Below, piece by piece: positions 19,910-28,285 of a DNA stretch of 64,000 bases. The stretch comes from Candidatus Omnitrophota bacterium. GTDB lineage: Bacteria > Omnitrophota > Gorgyraeia > Gygaellales > Profunditerraquicolaceae. A program made the translations under genes and the position numbers. The DNA lies in assembly GCA_041663665.1 (NCBI GenBank), contig JBAYMG010000001.1, positions 193,482 through 257,481 of the forward strand, written 5' to 3'. Under the pieces are notes generated by a model, which was not told the DNA's origin, did not search any database, and saw only the letters and a program-made list of their open reading frames with translations. Numbering within the stretch: the stretch's first letter is position 1; each line of letters begins with the position of its first letter.

Positions 19910-21553
19910 ATGCAGGAGGACAAAACTATGTTAAGAAATATTTTGATTTTTTTCTTTGGTTTTAATTTTTTGATGTTAGCCGGGCAGCAAGCTTTGGCGC
20001 AGGATAATGGGAAGAATGAAGTTTATAACTATGAACAAAAAACCATTGGTAGGACTGTTAAAAAAGATTTAGAGATTCCGATTGCGATTTTCGTCTCTGA
20101 TGGGAATTTAAAATATAAAGATAGCCTTTTTAATTTACCCCAGGATGAGCAACAGCAGGTAACAGCAGTTACTGTTGATAAAGCTGAGATCAAGATTGAT
20201 AACGCCAAAAATCAGGATTTAAAAAAGAGAGATTCAGATTTATTGTCCGGGTTTTTAACTAATGCCCTGCTTAAAAGCGGTAAATTTAATATTGTTGAAC
20301 GCCAGGACATAAATGCTCTTTTAAGAGAAGCGGAGTTTAGTAATTCTAAATGGGTTAATCCTCAACAGGCAAATAGAATCGGCAATGTCTACGGGGTTAA
20401 GCATATTGTCATTGCGAATTTATTAAGAAATGAATCAGGAAATAGGGTTACTGCCGGTAATTATGCGTTAACTTTACGTTTGTGTGAGGTAGAAACCGGG
20501 AACATATCTGCCAGCGGCCAGGGGGAGGGATTAAATATAAAAGAAGCGGTTATCAATGCGGTGAGTGATTTTTCTGCTAAAGTCTCTAGCCAGCCTTGGA
20601 GCACGCGGATTATCAAGATTGAGGATGGTTTTATTTATTTTGCTGCCGGAACTAATGAAGGCCTAAAAGTTAAAGACGTGTTAGAGCTTTATAAGTTAAA
20701 AAGCCAAATCGTTGATCCGCAAACAAATAAAGTTTTAGGTGCTGAAAAAATAAAAGTAGGTAATATCGAAGTTGTTGAAATCCTGCGGGCAAATTTATCT
20801 AAGGCCAAGGTTTTAGAGTCGATAGAACCTGTAGCTGCGGATTTTATCATTCAGGCAAGCCCGGTGGAAAATAAGGGAACTGATGAAATGTTGAAATGGA
20901 AAAAAATTTACGGTGATACGAATCAAGCTAAGCCTATAGCTGAAGGGGTTGCTAATTCTGTTTCAGAAGCTGCTCCGGCAGCAAATATGAGTATGTCAAT
21001 CGAGGGGTTAGTGCAGGCAGCTAATCCGGCGGTGGTTATGATTACCACTGTTACCAGTAATGGTACTGCTTTAGGTAGTGGTTTTCTGATTAGCTCAGAT
21101 GGAGTTATTGTTACTAATAACCATGTAATCAAGGGTGCTGAGGGTTTGGGGGTTAAGTTTGCTCAAGGTAAGGAGTTGATTACTAATGTCAGCGTAGTAA
21201 AAACTGATGCTTTACGCGATATAGCTATAATTAAAGTTAATACTCCGGTTAATGTTACTCCGTTATCGCTTGGAGATTCAGAGCAGATAGCAGTAGGTGA
21301 GCGGGTAGTTGCTATCGGTAACCCGCAAGGATTACAGAATACAGTATCCGATGGTTTAGTCAGCGCAGTGCGTGATGATGGCGGCATAAAACAAATTCAG
21401 ATTAGTGTTCCGATTTCCCATGGTTCAAGCGGGGGTGCATTAATCAATATGCGCGGTGAAGTTATCGGGATAACCTCTTCGGGTATCGAGCAGGGGCAGA
21501 ATTTGAATTTTGCCATTCCGATAAATTACGTCAAAGAGTATCTACAGAAATAA
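19910..21553 (+). CDS. fusion: CsgG/LpoB-like N-terminal domain plus trypsin-like serine protease (S1C, HtrA-like, no PDZ)
   Basis: N-terminal FLTNALLKSGKFNIVER (CsgG-type LxxxLxxSGxFxV(L)ER); C-terminal TNNHVI (His), DIAIIK (Asp), GSSGGAL (Ser) catalytic triad context. Confidence 0.7.
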   Translation: MQEDKTMLRNILIFFFGFNFLMLAGQQALAQDNGKNEVYNYEQKTIGRTVKKDLEIPIAIFVSDGNLKYKDSLFNLPQDEQQQVTAVTVDKAEIKIDNAKNQDLKKRDSDLLSGFLTNALLKSGKFNIVERQDINALLREAEFSNSKWVNPQQANRIGNVYGVKHIVIANLLRNESGNRVTAGNYALTLRLCEVETGNISASGQGEGLNIKEAVINAVSDFSAKVSSQPWSTRIIKIEDGFIYFAAGTNEGLKVKDVLELYKLKSQIVDPQTNKVLGAEKIKVGNIEVVEILRANLSKAKVLESIEPVAADFIIQASPVENKGTDEMLKWKKIYGDTNQAKPIAEGVANSVSEAAPAANMSMSIEGLVQAANPAVVMITTVTSNGTALGSGFLISSDGVIVTNNHVIKGAEGLGVKFAQGKELITNVSVVKTDALRDIAIIKVNTPVNVTPLSLGDSEQIAVGERVVAIGNPQGLQNTVSDGLVSAVRDDGGIKQIQISVPISHGSSGGALINMRGEVIGITSSGIEQGQNLNFAIPINYVKEYLQK

Positions 21554-21581
21554 AAACATTTTTTAAGGAAAAAATAAGCCG

Positions 21582-21923
21582 ATGAGTATTGAACGAAGAG
21601 AAGCCCCCAGGTTTTTATTAAATCTTTCCGTAAGTGAAATTAGCGGGCACGGATTACTGGGTAAGGTGGTAGATTTTTCCCGTAAAGGGATGAGAATAAT
21701 CCTGGATGCGCCTGCGCTTAGCGAGAGAACAGATATACAAATTGCAATTAATCGGCCGGACTATAATAAACAGATTTTTGTTATTGCTTATGTCGCCTGG
21801 ATAAAGCCTTTCGAAGGTAAATACGAAGCTGGTTTGAAATTCAGGAATATTCCTCCTGATGCTAAGGCAGATTTCTTGAACTATGGTTATAAATTGTGGT
21901 TAAAGAATAGGCTTTCTTGCTAG
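21582..21923 (+). CDS. PilZ domain protein
   Basis: REAPR (RxxxR) and D-F-S-R-K-G (DxSxxG). Confidence 0.55.
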   Translation: MSIERREAPRFLLNLSVSEISGHGLLGKVVDFSRKGMRIILDAPALSERTDIQIAINRPDYNKQIFVIAYVAWIKPFEGKYEAGLKFRNIPPDAKADFLNYGYKLWLKNRLSC

Positions 21924-21947
21924 GAGTATTTTTTAAAATACATTTCT

Positions 21948-22736
21948 ATGTCAACTGCAATTTATTATTTTTCCGCAACCGGTAATTCTTTAAAAGTAGC
22001 CAGAGATTTAGCGAAGAGATTTGGCGATGTTAAGCTTATCCCGGTTACTAAAGCCTTAAAGGACGATAGCGGGCAATTTTTTGATATTGTTGGTATTGTT
22101 TATCCGGTTTACATGTTCGGCTTGCCGCTAATTATCAGAAAATTTCTCAAACAGATAAAATTTAAATCTGATGCTTATATTTTTAGTGTTGCTACTTTAG
22201 GCGGGTTACCCGGAAGGGCACATTCACTTGCTAAGAATATTCTTGCGCAACGTGGATATAAGCTTGCTCTTGGATTTTCAGTACTTATGCCGGGAAATTA
22301 TACTCCGCTTTATGGAGCGATCGCTCAAGAGAAGCAGGACAAGGTGTTTGAGGAAGAGGAGGGGCGTATTCAATTTATTGCTGAAAATATACTTGCCCGA
22401 AAGCGCGGTATAATTGAAGAAAAGCCGGCTCTGGCTAATTTTTTGCTTTATAAGCTTTTGTATAGAGGAGGAATGGCGCAAGTGCCCTTATCCGGTAAGA
22501 ACTTTTGGGTAAATGAAGCTTGTATCAAGTGCGGGCTTTGTGCTAAGGTTTGCCCGGTTAACAATGTTGAATTAGTTGAAGGTAAGCCTAAATGGCTCGA
22601 TCATTGCCAGCAGTGTATGGCTTGTTTGCAATGGTGTCCGGTTGAGGCGATTCAATATAAGAAAAATACTGTCGGCAGGAAACGCTATCATCATCCGGCA
22701 ATTACTGTTGGGGATATAATGGAGCAAAAAATATGA
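21948..22736 (+). CDS. EFR1-family ferredoxin (flavodoxin-like domain plus 2x[4Fe-4S])
   Basis: N-terminal IYYFSATGNS flavodoxin-like, C-terminal CIKCGLCAKVCP / CQQCMACLQWCP. Confidence 0.7.
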   Translation: MSTAIYYFSATGNSLKVARDLAKRFGDVKLIPVTKALKDDSGQFFDIVGIVYPVYMFGLPLIIRKFLKQIKFKSDAYIFSVATLGGLPGRAHSLAKNILAQRGYKLALGFSVLMPGNYTPLYGAIAQEKQDKVFEEEEGRIQFIAENILARKRGIIEEKPALANFLLYKLLYRGGMAQVPLSGKNFWVNEACIKCGLCAKVCPVNNVELVEGKPKWLDHCQQCMACLQWCPVEAIQYKKNTVGRKRYHHPAITVGDIMEQKI

Positions 22737-22751
22737 AAGGCTTAAAATAAA

Positions 22752-23162
22752 ATGCAAATAGAAATTTTTTCCTTATGTGATGCGGCAACTGCGGATTTTG
22801 GAAAACTTAGTATGTTGGGGGCATTTGATACGCTTTGGGTAAGTAAAATGCCGGCTGTGCACCCGCAATGTACAATTGCCTTAAGGATTGGATTTAAAAG
22901 AATTGAAAAAGGTGAGCATAAAATTTTGGTTCATTTCGTAGATGCTGATGGAAAGAATATTATTTCTCCAGCTCAAGGGGGTATAGCAATAAATTTTCCT
23001 GAGGATCAAAGTTCTTGTTCGGCAAATTTAATTTTTAATATCCAGAGCCTAAAGCTGGAAAAATTAGGTGAATATTCTATTGATTTAGCTATTGATGGGC
23101 AGCAAAAGGCATCATTACCGCTTTTTGTAAAAGAACATAAAATAAAAAAGGAGGGGTTATGA
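22752..23162 (+). CDS. hypothetical protein
   Basis: 136-aa ORF with good coding look; no recognisable domain. Confidence 0.4.
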   Translation: MQIEIFSLCDAATADFGKLSMLGAFDTLWVSKMPAVHPQCTIALRIGFKRIEKGEHKILVHFVDADGKNIISPAQGGIAINFPEDQSSCSANLIFNIQSLKLEKLGEYSIDLAIDGQQKASLPLFVKEHKIKKEGL

Positions 23163-23359
23163 AGAAGATCTTAGTTTTGTTGTCAGTTGTTTTGTTTTTA
23201 GCTGGCTGCTGCTCTACTACCGCAACCAAATATCTTAAGAAGGTGACAGTTGAGAAAGATGGTGATGGTAAGATAGTTAAGACAATTGTTGAGGAGCAGG
23301 TTATACAATCACATCTTGAAAAAGCACCAATTGAGCTTGAGCAGATAGAAGCGAAGTAG
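23159..23359 (+). CDS. small lipoprotein
   Basis: MKKILVLLSVVLFLAGCC lipobox; 4-nt overlap with the upstream gene. Confidence 0.45.
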   Translation: MKKILVLLSVVLFLAGCCSTTATKYLKKVTVEKDGDGKIVKTIVEEQVIQSHLEKAPIELEQIEAK

Positions 23360-23377
23360 GGATATTATCGATTAATA

Positions 23378-23430
23378 AATCGGGGACGCTCCTATTTAAT
23401 TAAAATAAATAGGAGCGTCCCCGATTTTCC
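23378..23430 (+). terminator. rho-independent terminator
   Basis: Perfect inverted repeat AAATCGGGGACGCTCCTATTT / AAATAGGAGCGTCCCCGATTT followed by TTTTCC. Confidence 0.75.
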
Positions 23431-23468
23431 TATTGCTTTGAGAGTAATTTTGAGGGGAGAGGTTTGAT

Positions 23469-23810
23469 ATGTTTGAACACAAACATCAAAAAGTAGCTCC
23501 TGTTCACGTTTTTATCAAGAGATTGGTTCTGTACATCGGCGTTGCCATTGTGCTTATCCTGGCTGCCCTGTGTATTGGGATTATCGGGTATCGTTATGTG
23601 GCTGGTTTGACTTGGATAGACGCGCTATTGAACGCATCCATGATCTTGGGAGGAATGGGGCCTGTGGATAAGCTCACTCAGCCGGCTGCAAAAATTTTTG
23701 CGTCAGCATACGCTCTTTTTAGCGGCCTTATCTTCATTGCGGTTATGAGTATTATCTTAACTCCTATCGTACACAGGATTCTTCATAAATTCCATGTCGA
23801 TGAGGAATAA
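23469..23810 (+). CDS. small integral membrane protein (3 TM)
   Basis: Hydrophobic segments; RBS GGGGAGAGG upstream. Confidence 0.45.
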   Translation: MFEHKHQKVAPVHVFIKRLVLYIGVAIVLILAALCIGIIGYRYVAGLTWIDALLNASMILGGMGPVDKLTQPAAKIFASAYALFSGLIFIAVMSIILTPIVHRILHKFHVDEE

Positions 23811-25119
23811 ACCTGGCTTCCCCGATCAGCTTCCGTCACATCTTGATATAAATGCTGAATTCGAATCGGCGTTTGATCTTATGGAACGCACTAAAGAATG
23901 CCTTTTTATTACAGGCAAAGCGGGCACTGGTAAGTCGACTCTGCTAAAATATTTTAAGGCGAATACCGGCAAGAGCATAATTGTTTTAGCTCCAACAGGT
24001 GTGGCGGCGGTTAATGTCGGCGGACAGACAATTCATTCGTTCTTTAGGCTTCCTCCAAAGATTATTCAAAAGGAGGTGATAAAACGCCTTAGGGATAGAA
24101 GCCTGTTTGAAAATCTTGAGATGATAATAATTGATGAGGTTTCGATGGTTCGTGCAGATCTTATGGATGGTATAGATTATGCGTTACGTTTAAATCGCGG
24201 AAAAATGAAGACGCCATTTGGCGGTATTCAAATGGTATTTTTTGGGGATCTTTTCCAATTGTCTCCTGTGGTTGAGAGCGAAGCAAGGAAGCTTTTGGAG
24301 GAGAGGTATACAAGTCCATATTTCTTTAGTGCTAAAGTATTTGACGATTGCAATATCAAGGCAATTGAATTATCGACTATATATAGGCAAAAAGACAGTT
24401 TATTTATGGAGCTTTTAAACCGGGTCAGAAATAAAGAGCACACCAAAGAAGATTTGGATACATTGAATAAAAATGTCCAAAAAGATATTGTGTCTTCCAG
24501 GAAAGACGCTACCGTGATTTTAACAACGACCAATAGCTTGGCAAGTGCAATAAATCAGGATCGTTTAGACGAGCTTCCTGGCAGAGAGATTGTCTATAGG
24601 GCTATGTCTACCGGTAAATTCGAAGAGCCGGCATATCCCACAGAAGGATCGTTAAAACTTAAAAAAGGCGCGCAGGTAATTTTGATAAAAAATGATCCGG
24701 ATAAGAGATGGGTGAACGGTACGCTGGCTAAGGTTGTGGCTTTGTCGAAAGATTCTATAGTTTTGGATGTTAATGGTGTGGCGTGCGATGTACCGGTTGC
24801 GAAGTGGCAGAAAATTGAGTATAGTTATAATGAGGTTGAAGGTAAGATAGAAGATACGGTCGTAGGGGAATTTGCGCAGTATCCTATAAAGCTGGCCTGG
24901 GCTATAACTATTCATAAGAGTCAGGGGCAGACATTTGATAAAGTTATAATTGACCTTGGGTATGGCGCTTTTACTCATGGCCAATTATATGTGGCGCTTA
25001 GCAGGTGCACTCGTTTGGATGGTATAAGATTTAAGCGCCCGGTGGTTAGTAGTGATGTCATATTTGATGAGCGTATTTATGAGTTTAATAACCGGTTTGT
25101 AGATTTATTTAGGGGGTAA
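23794..25119 (+). CDS. PIF1/RecD-family ATP-dependent DNA helicase
   Basis: GKAGTGKST Walker A, IIDEVSMV Walker B, IHKSQGQTFDKVII motif typical of Pif1/RecD2 (AAA_30 plus UvrD_C_2). Confidence 0.8.
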   Translation: MSMRNKPGFPDQLPSHLDINAEFESAFDLMERTKECLFITGKAGTGKSTLLKYFKANTGKSIIVLAPTGVAAVNVGGQTIHSFFRLPPKIIQKEVIKRLRDRSLFENLEMIIIDEVSMVRADLMDGIDYALRLNRGKMKTPFGGIQMVFFGDLFQLSPVVESEARKLLEERYTSPYFFSAKVFDDCNIKAIELSTIYRQKDSLFMELLNRVRNKEHTKEDLDTLNKNVQKDIVSSRKDATVILTTTNSLASAINQDRLDELPGREIVYRAMSTGKFEEPAYPTEGSLKLKKGAQVILIKNDPDKRWVNGTLAKVVALSKDSIVLDVNGVACDVPVAKWQKIEYSYNEVEGKIEDTVVGEFAQYPIKLAWAITIHKSQGQTFDKVIIDLGYGAFTHGQLYVALSRCTRLDGIRFKRPVVSSDVIFDERIYEFNNRFVDLFRG

Positions 25120-25121
25120 AT

Positions 25122-25946
25122 ATGATTACTCTAGAAGTTAATAAAAAAATATGTGTAGGTGATGGAAAGTGCGTTGAAATCTGCCCGGTGCATATTTTGA
25201 AAATGAATGAACAAGAGCACGTACCGGAATTTATTCCGGGCGGGGTAGAAATTTGTATTAACTGCGGGCATTGTTTTGCTTTTTGCCCTCCTGGCGCGAT
25301 AAAACTTTCCACAATGGAAGTTAAGGATTCTACTCGGCTTGATTATTCCAAATTGCCCAGCGTAGAACAAATTGAACTGCTGCTGAAAGCTCGGCGTTCT
25401 ATCCGTAGATATAAAGATGAAGCTGTTGCCAAAGAGGTAATCGAAAAACTTTTGGATATTGCCCGGTATGCGCCATCAGGTATTAACCGCCAGCCGGTTA
25501 ATTGGGGGGTAGTTGCAGGTAAAGATAAAGTGCATGATTTAGGGGAACTGGTGTCTCAATGGATGGAAGATCTTTTGAATACTAAATCTCCGGTGGCAGA
25601 ATCTTTTCGTTTTGACCGCCTGGTTGAATCATGGAGAAGGGGAAATGATTTAATCTGCCGGGATGCGCCTTGTATTATTATCGCTTATGGTTTAAAAGAT
25701 GATCCAATGGTTTCGCAATCATGTATAATTTCAGGAACATATCTTGAATTGTCAGCGTTTGGTTTAGGTCTGGGAGCCTGTTGGGCGGGGTATGTGAATA
25801 TGGCGATTAATATGTCCGAGATGGTAAGAAAATTTGCAGGGTTATCTTCGCGCGCTTATGCCGGGGCAGTAATGATGGTGGGATATTCTAAATATCGTTA
25901 CAGCCGGATACCGGTAAGAAATGCCCTTAAGGTCATTTGGAAGTAA
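25122..25946 (+). CDS. ferredoxin-nitroreductase fusion protein
   Basis: N-terminal CVGDGKCVEICP / CINCGHCFAFCP plus a nitroreductase-family body. Confidence 0.7.
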   Translation: MITLEVNKKICVGDGKCVEICPVHILKMNEQEHVPEFIPGGVEICINCGHCFAFCPPGAIKLSTMEVKDSTRLDYSKLPSVEQIELLLKARRSIRRYKDEAVAKEVIEKLLDIARYAPSGINRQPVNWGVVAGKDKVHDLGELVSQWMEDLLNTKSPVAESFRFDRLVESWRRGNDLICRDAPCIIIAYGLKDDPMVSQSCIISGTYLELSAFGLGLGACWAGYVNMAINMSEMVRKFAGLSSRAYAGAVMMVGYSKYRYSRIPVRNALKVIWK

Positions 25947-25955
25947 GGATTAAGT

Positions 25956-26777
25956 ATGAATAGGAATAAAAAAATACAGTTTATTGATTATCCTCTTTTA
26001 GAGTTTAATAATATTACCGTAATTAAGGGAGAGAATAAAAAAGTCCTTGATGCTATCTCAATTACGATAAATAAGGGTGAGAATACAGCTATATTGGGCC
26101 CGAATGGCGCAGGTAAATCCTCGCTTATCAAAACTATCACTAGAGAATATTATCCATTATCGTATAGAAAAGATTTTTCTTTTAAGATTTTAGGCCAAGA
26201 GAGATGGAATATTTTTGATTTGCGGTCTTTATTGGGCATTGTCTCAAATGATTTGCAGTTTACTTTTACCCGGGATATAACCGGCCTGGAAGTTGTGCTG
26301 TCCGGATTTTTTAGTTCCGTAGGATTATTTAAAGAGCATGTTAACCTTAAGATGAAAAAGAAAGCCTGTGAAGTAATCGATTTTCTAAAGATAGCTCATC
26401 TGGCGAGTAGAAAAATAAGCGAGATGTCCTCCGGAGAGGCCAGGCGTTTTTTGATCGGCAGGGCCTTAGTGCATAATCCTAAAGCGCTTATTCTGGACGA
26501 ACCGGCTAACAGCCTTGATTTGTATGCACTTTATAGATTCAGCGATATTTTACGTAAAATAGCTGAATCCGGGATAAGTATAATTTTGGTTACGCAGAAT
26601 CTTAATGATATTATTCCTGAAATAAAAAGGGTAATTCTAATGAAAGACGGGAAATTTTTTAAAGACGGGCCTAAAGAAAAAATTTTAAATAATAAAAATA
26701 TCAGTAATCTTTTTAGTATTCCCGTTGAAATTAAACAAAAAGACGGTTATTATTATGCTTTAAGGGCTGTTTCTTAA
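25956..26777 (+). CDS. standalone ABC ATPase (ModF-like, COG1119)
   Basis: GPNGAGKSS Walker A, LSGGE-like MSSGEARR, ILDEP; no permease nearby. Confidence 0.7.
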   Translation: MNRNKKIQFIDYPLLEFNNITVIKGENKKVLDAISITINKGENTAILGPNGAGKSSLIKTITREYYPLSYRKDFSFKILGQERWNIFDLRSLLGIVSNDLQFTFTRDITGLEVVLSGFFSSVGLFKEHVNLKMKKKACEVIDFLKIAHLASRKISEMSSGEARRFLIGRALVHNPKALILDEPANSLDLYALYRFSDILRKIAESGISIILVTQNLNDIIPEIKRVILMKDGKFFKDGPKEKILNNKNISNLFSIPVEIKQKDGYYYALRAVS

Positions 26778-26792
26778 TGGGCGGGGTAAAAT

Positions 26793-27290
26793 ATGCAGAA
26801 GTTCGCAAAGTATATAAAATTAGCAAAAGAGATGGGTTTTAGCGGAGCGAAGGTTATTCCGGTAAAAACCATAGCAGTTGCGGAATGGGTTAGGTTTAAA
26901 TGCCAGTTTGGCTGTGACGGGTTTGGCCAGTCTTTGACTTGTCCGCCGTATTCGCCTACCCCGGATTTAACCCGTAAGATATTGTCTTTCTACGAACAAG
27001 CGCTGCTTGTCCATGGGGATGGATATACAGATGTCCATGATTTGATTCCAAAATTAGAAAAAGAAATATTTCTAGACGGTTATTTTAAGGCCCTTGGCAT
27101 GGGAGCCGGGCCATGCCAACTTTGCGCTAAATGTGCTAAAACTTGCCGCCATCCGGATAAGACCAGGCCGTCGATGGAAGCCTGCGGAATAGATGTATTT
27201 ACTACTGTTAGATCTAATGGATTCTCTGTGAAAGTGTTAAAAACACAGGAAGGCCGGGGGAATTATTATGGCGTAGTTTTGATTGAATAA
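26793..27290 (+). CDS. DUF2284 predicted metal-binding protein
   Basis: CQFGCDGFGQSLTCPP plus C-terminal CAKCAKTCRHP cysteine motifs. Confidence 0.55.
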   Translation: MQKFAKYIKLAKEMGFSGAKVIPVKTIAVAEWVRFKCQFGCDGFGQSLTCPPYSPTPDLTRKILSFYEQALLVHGDGYTDVHDLIPKLEKEIFLDGYFKALGMGAGPCQLCAKCAKTCRHPDKTRPSMEACGIDVFTTVRSNGFSVKVLKTQEGRGNYYGVVLIE

Positions 27291-27317
27291 GCAGTTGTTT
27301 TTATGGATAAGATAAAA

Positions 27318-27806
27318 ATGGAAATAAAAATTATTCGTAGTAAAAGGCGTTTGCGTACAGTTGGGGCGCGGTTAGTTCACGATACACTTTTGGTTAGCGC
27401 GCCTTTGATGCTTTCCCAGGAGCGCCTGGAAAAGATTGTTGCTGATTTCAAAGTAAAATTCGAAAGAAAAAAACTTAAGGATAATCTGGATAAAAGTGAT
27501 AATCTAATTGAAAGAGCTGGCAGGATAAATAAGGAATATTTTGGTAATAGGCTTAAGATTAATTCAATAGAGTATGTTGCTAATCAGAATTGTAAGTTTG
27601 GCTGTTGTAATCACCGTTCGGCCAATATTCGCATATCGCATAAAGTAGGCTTGATGCCTGATTGGGTCAGGGATTATGTTATAATTCATGAGATGGCGCA
27701 TTTAATTGAGCCTAATCACAGCAGTGCATTTTGGGATATTGTTTCCCGTTACAAATTAACTGAGAGGGCTAGGGGTTATCTTATGGCAGCTAACCTTGAT
27801 TTTTAA
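27318..27806 (+). CDS. YgjP-like (DUF45) M48/SprT-type zinc metallopeptidase
   Basis: VIIHEMAHLIEPNHSSAFW (HExxH...H). Confidence 0.7.
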   Translation: MEIKIIRSKRRLRTVGARLVHDTLLVSAPLMLSQERLEKIVADFKVKFERKKLKDNLDKSDNLIERAGRINKEYFGNRLKINSIEYVANQNCKFGCCNHRSANIRISHKVGLMPDWVRDYVIIHEMAHLIEPNHSSAFWDIVSRYKLTERARGYLMAANLDF

Positions 27807-27850
27807 GGGAAGCTTCTGTACTTAGGTATCTGTTCAAAAGGAGGATTCAA

Positions 27851-28285
27851 ATGAAGAAAGGGTTTTATTTAATAATTATTTTGGCGTTTGTTTTTGTGGT
27901 TACCGGGTGCGAGTCGAACAAAACAAGAGTTGCTGAAGGAGCAGGTATCGGCGCAGGTTTGGGAGCAGTTGTCGGAGGAATTATTGGTTTTCAAAGCGGG
28001 CATCCTATCCAGGGAGCTGCGATTGGAGGTGCTATAGGCGGAGGTACGGGAGCAGTAGTTGGAGCACAGATTAAGAAACCTGCTCAGGGAACTTCGGTGC
28101 CAGCTTCATCGCAAATTACTATGCAGCAGATTGTTGATTTGACTAAGCAGGGAGTTTCGAGTGATGAAATCATAGCTAAAATTAAATCTGCAAATTCGAA
28201 ATATTCTTTAACCTCCGATGATGTCGATTATTTAAAGAAACAAGGCGTAAGTCAGCGGGTTATTGAAACAATGCAGGGTTTATAA
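27851..28285 (+). CDS. glycine-zipper lipoprotein
   Basis: Lipobox VTGC; GAGIGAGLGAVVGGIIG Gly-zipper. Confidence 0.5.
   Translation: MKKGFYLIIILAFVFVVTGCESNKTRVAEGAGIGAGLGAVVGGIIGFQSGHPIQGAAIGGAIGGGTGAVVGAQIKKPAQGTSVPASSQITMQQIVDLTKQGVSSDEIIAKIKSANSKYSLTSDDVDYLKKQGVSQRVIETMQGL

Noticed and set aside
21948-22736. Possible missed permease partner for the EFR1 ferredoxin, or a split gene
   Set aside because: The flavodoxin-like plus 2x[4Fe-4S] architecture is a complete known arrangement, and there is no frameshift signature.
25956-27806. ABC-3C / anti-phage defence interpretation of the ABC ATPase trio
   Set aside because: The ATPase is a ModF-like transporter-type ABC cassette, not SMC/Rad50-like. 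No effector nuclease or coiled-coil middle component is present, and no other defence hallmarks are nearby.
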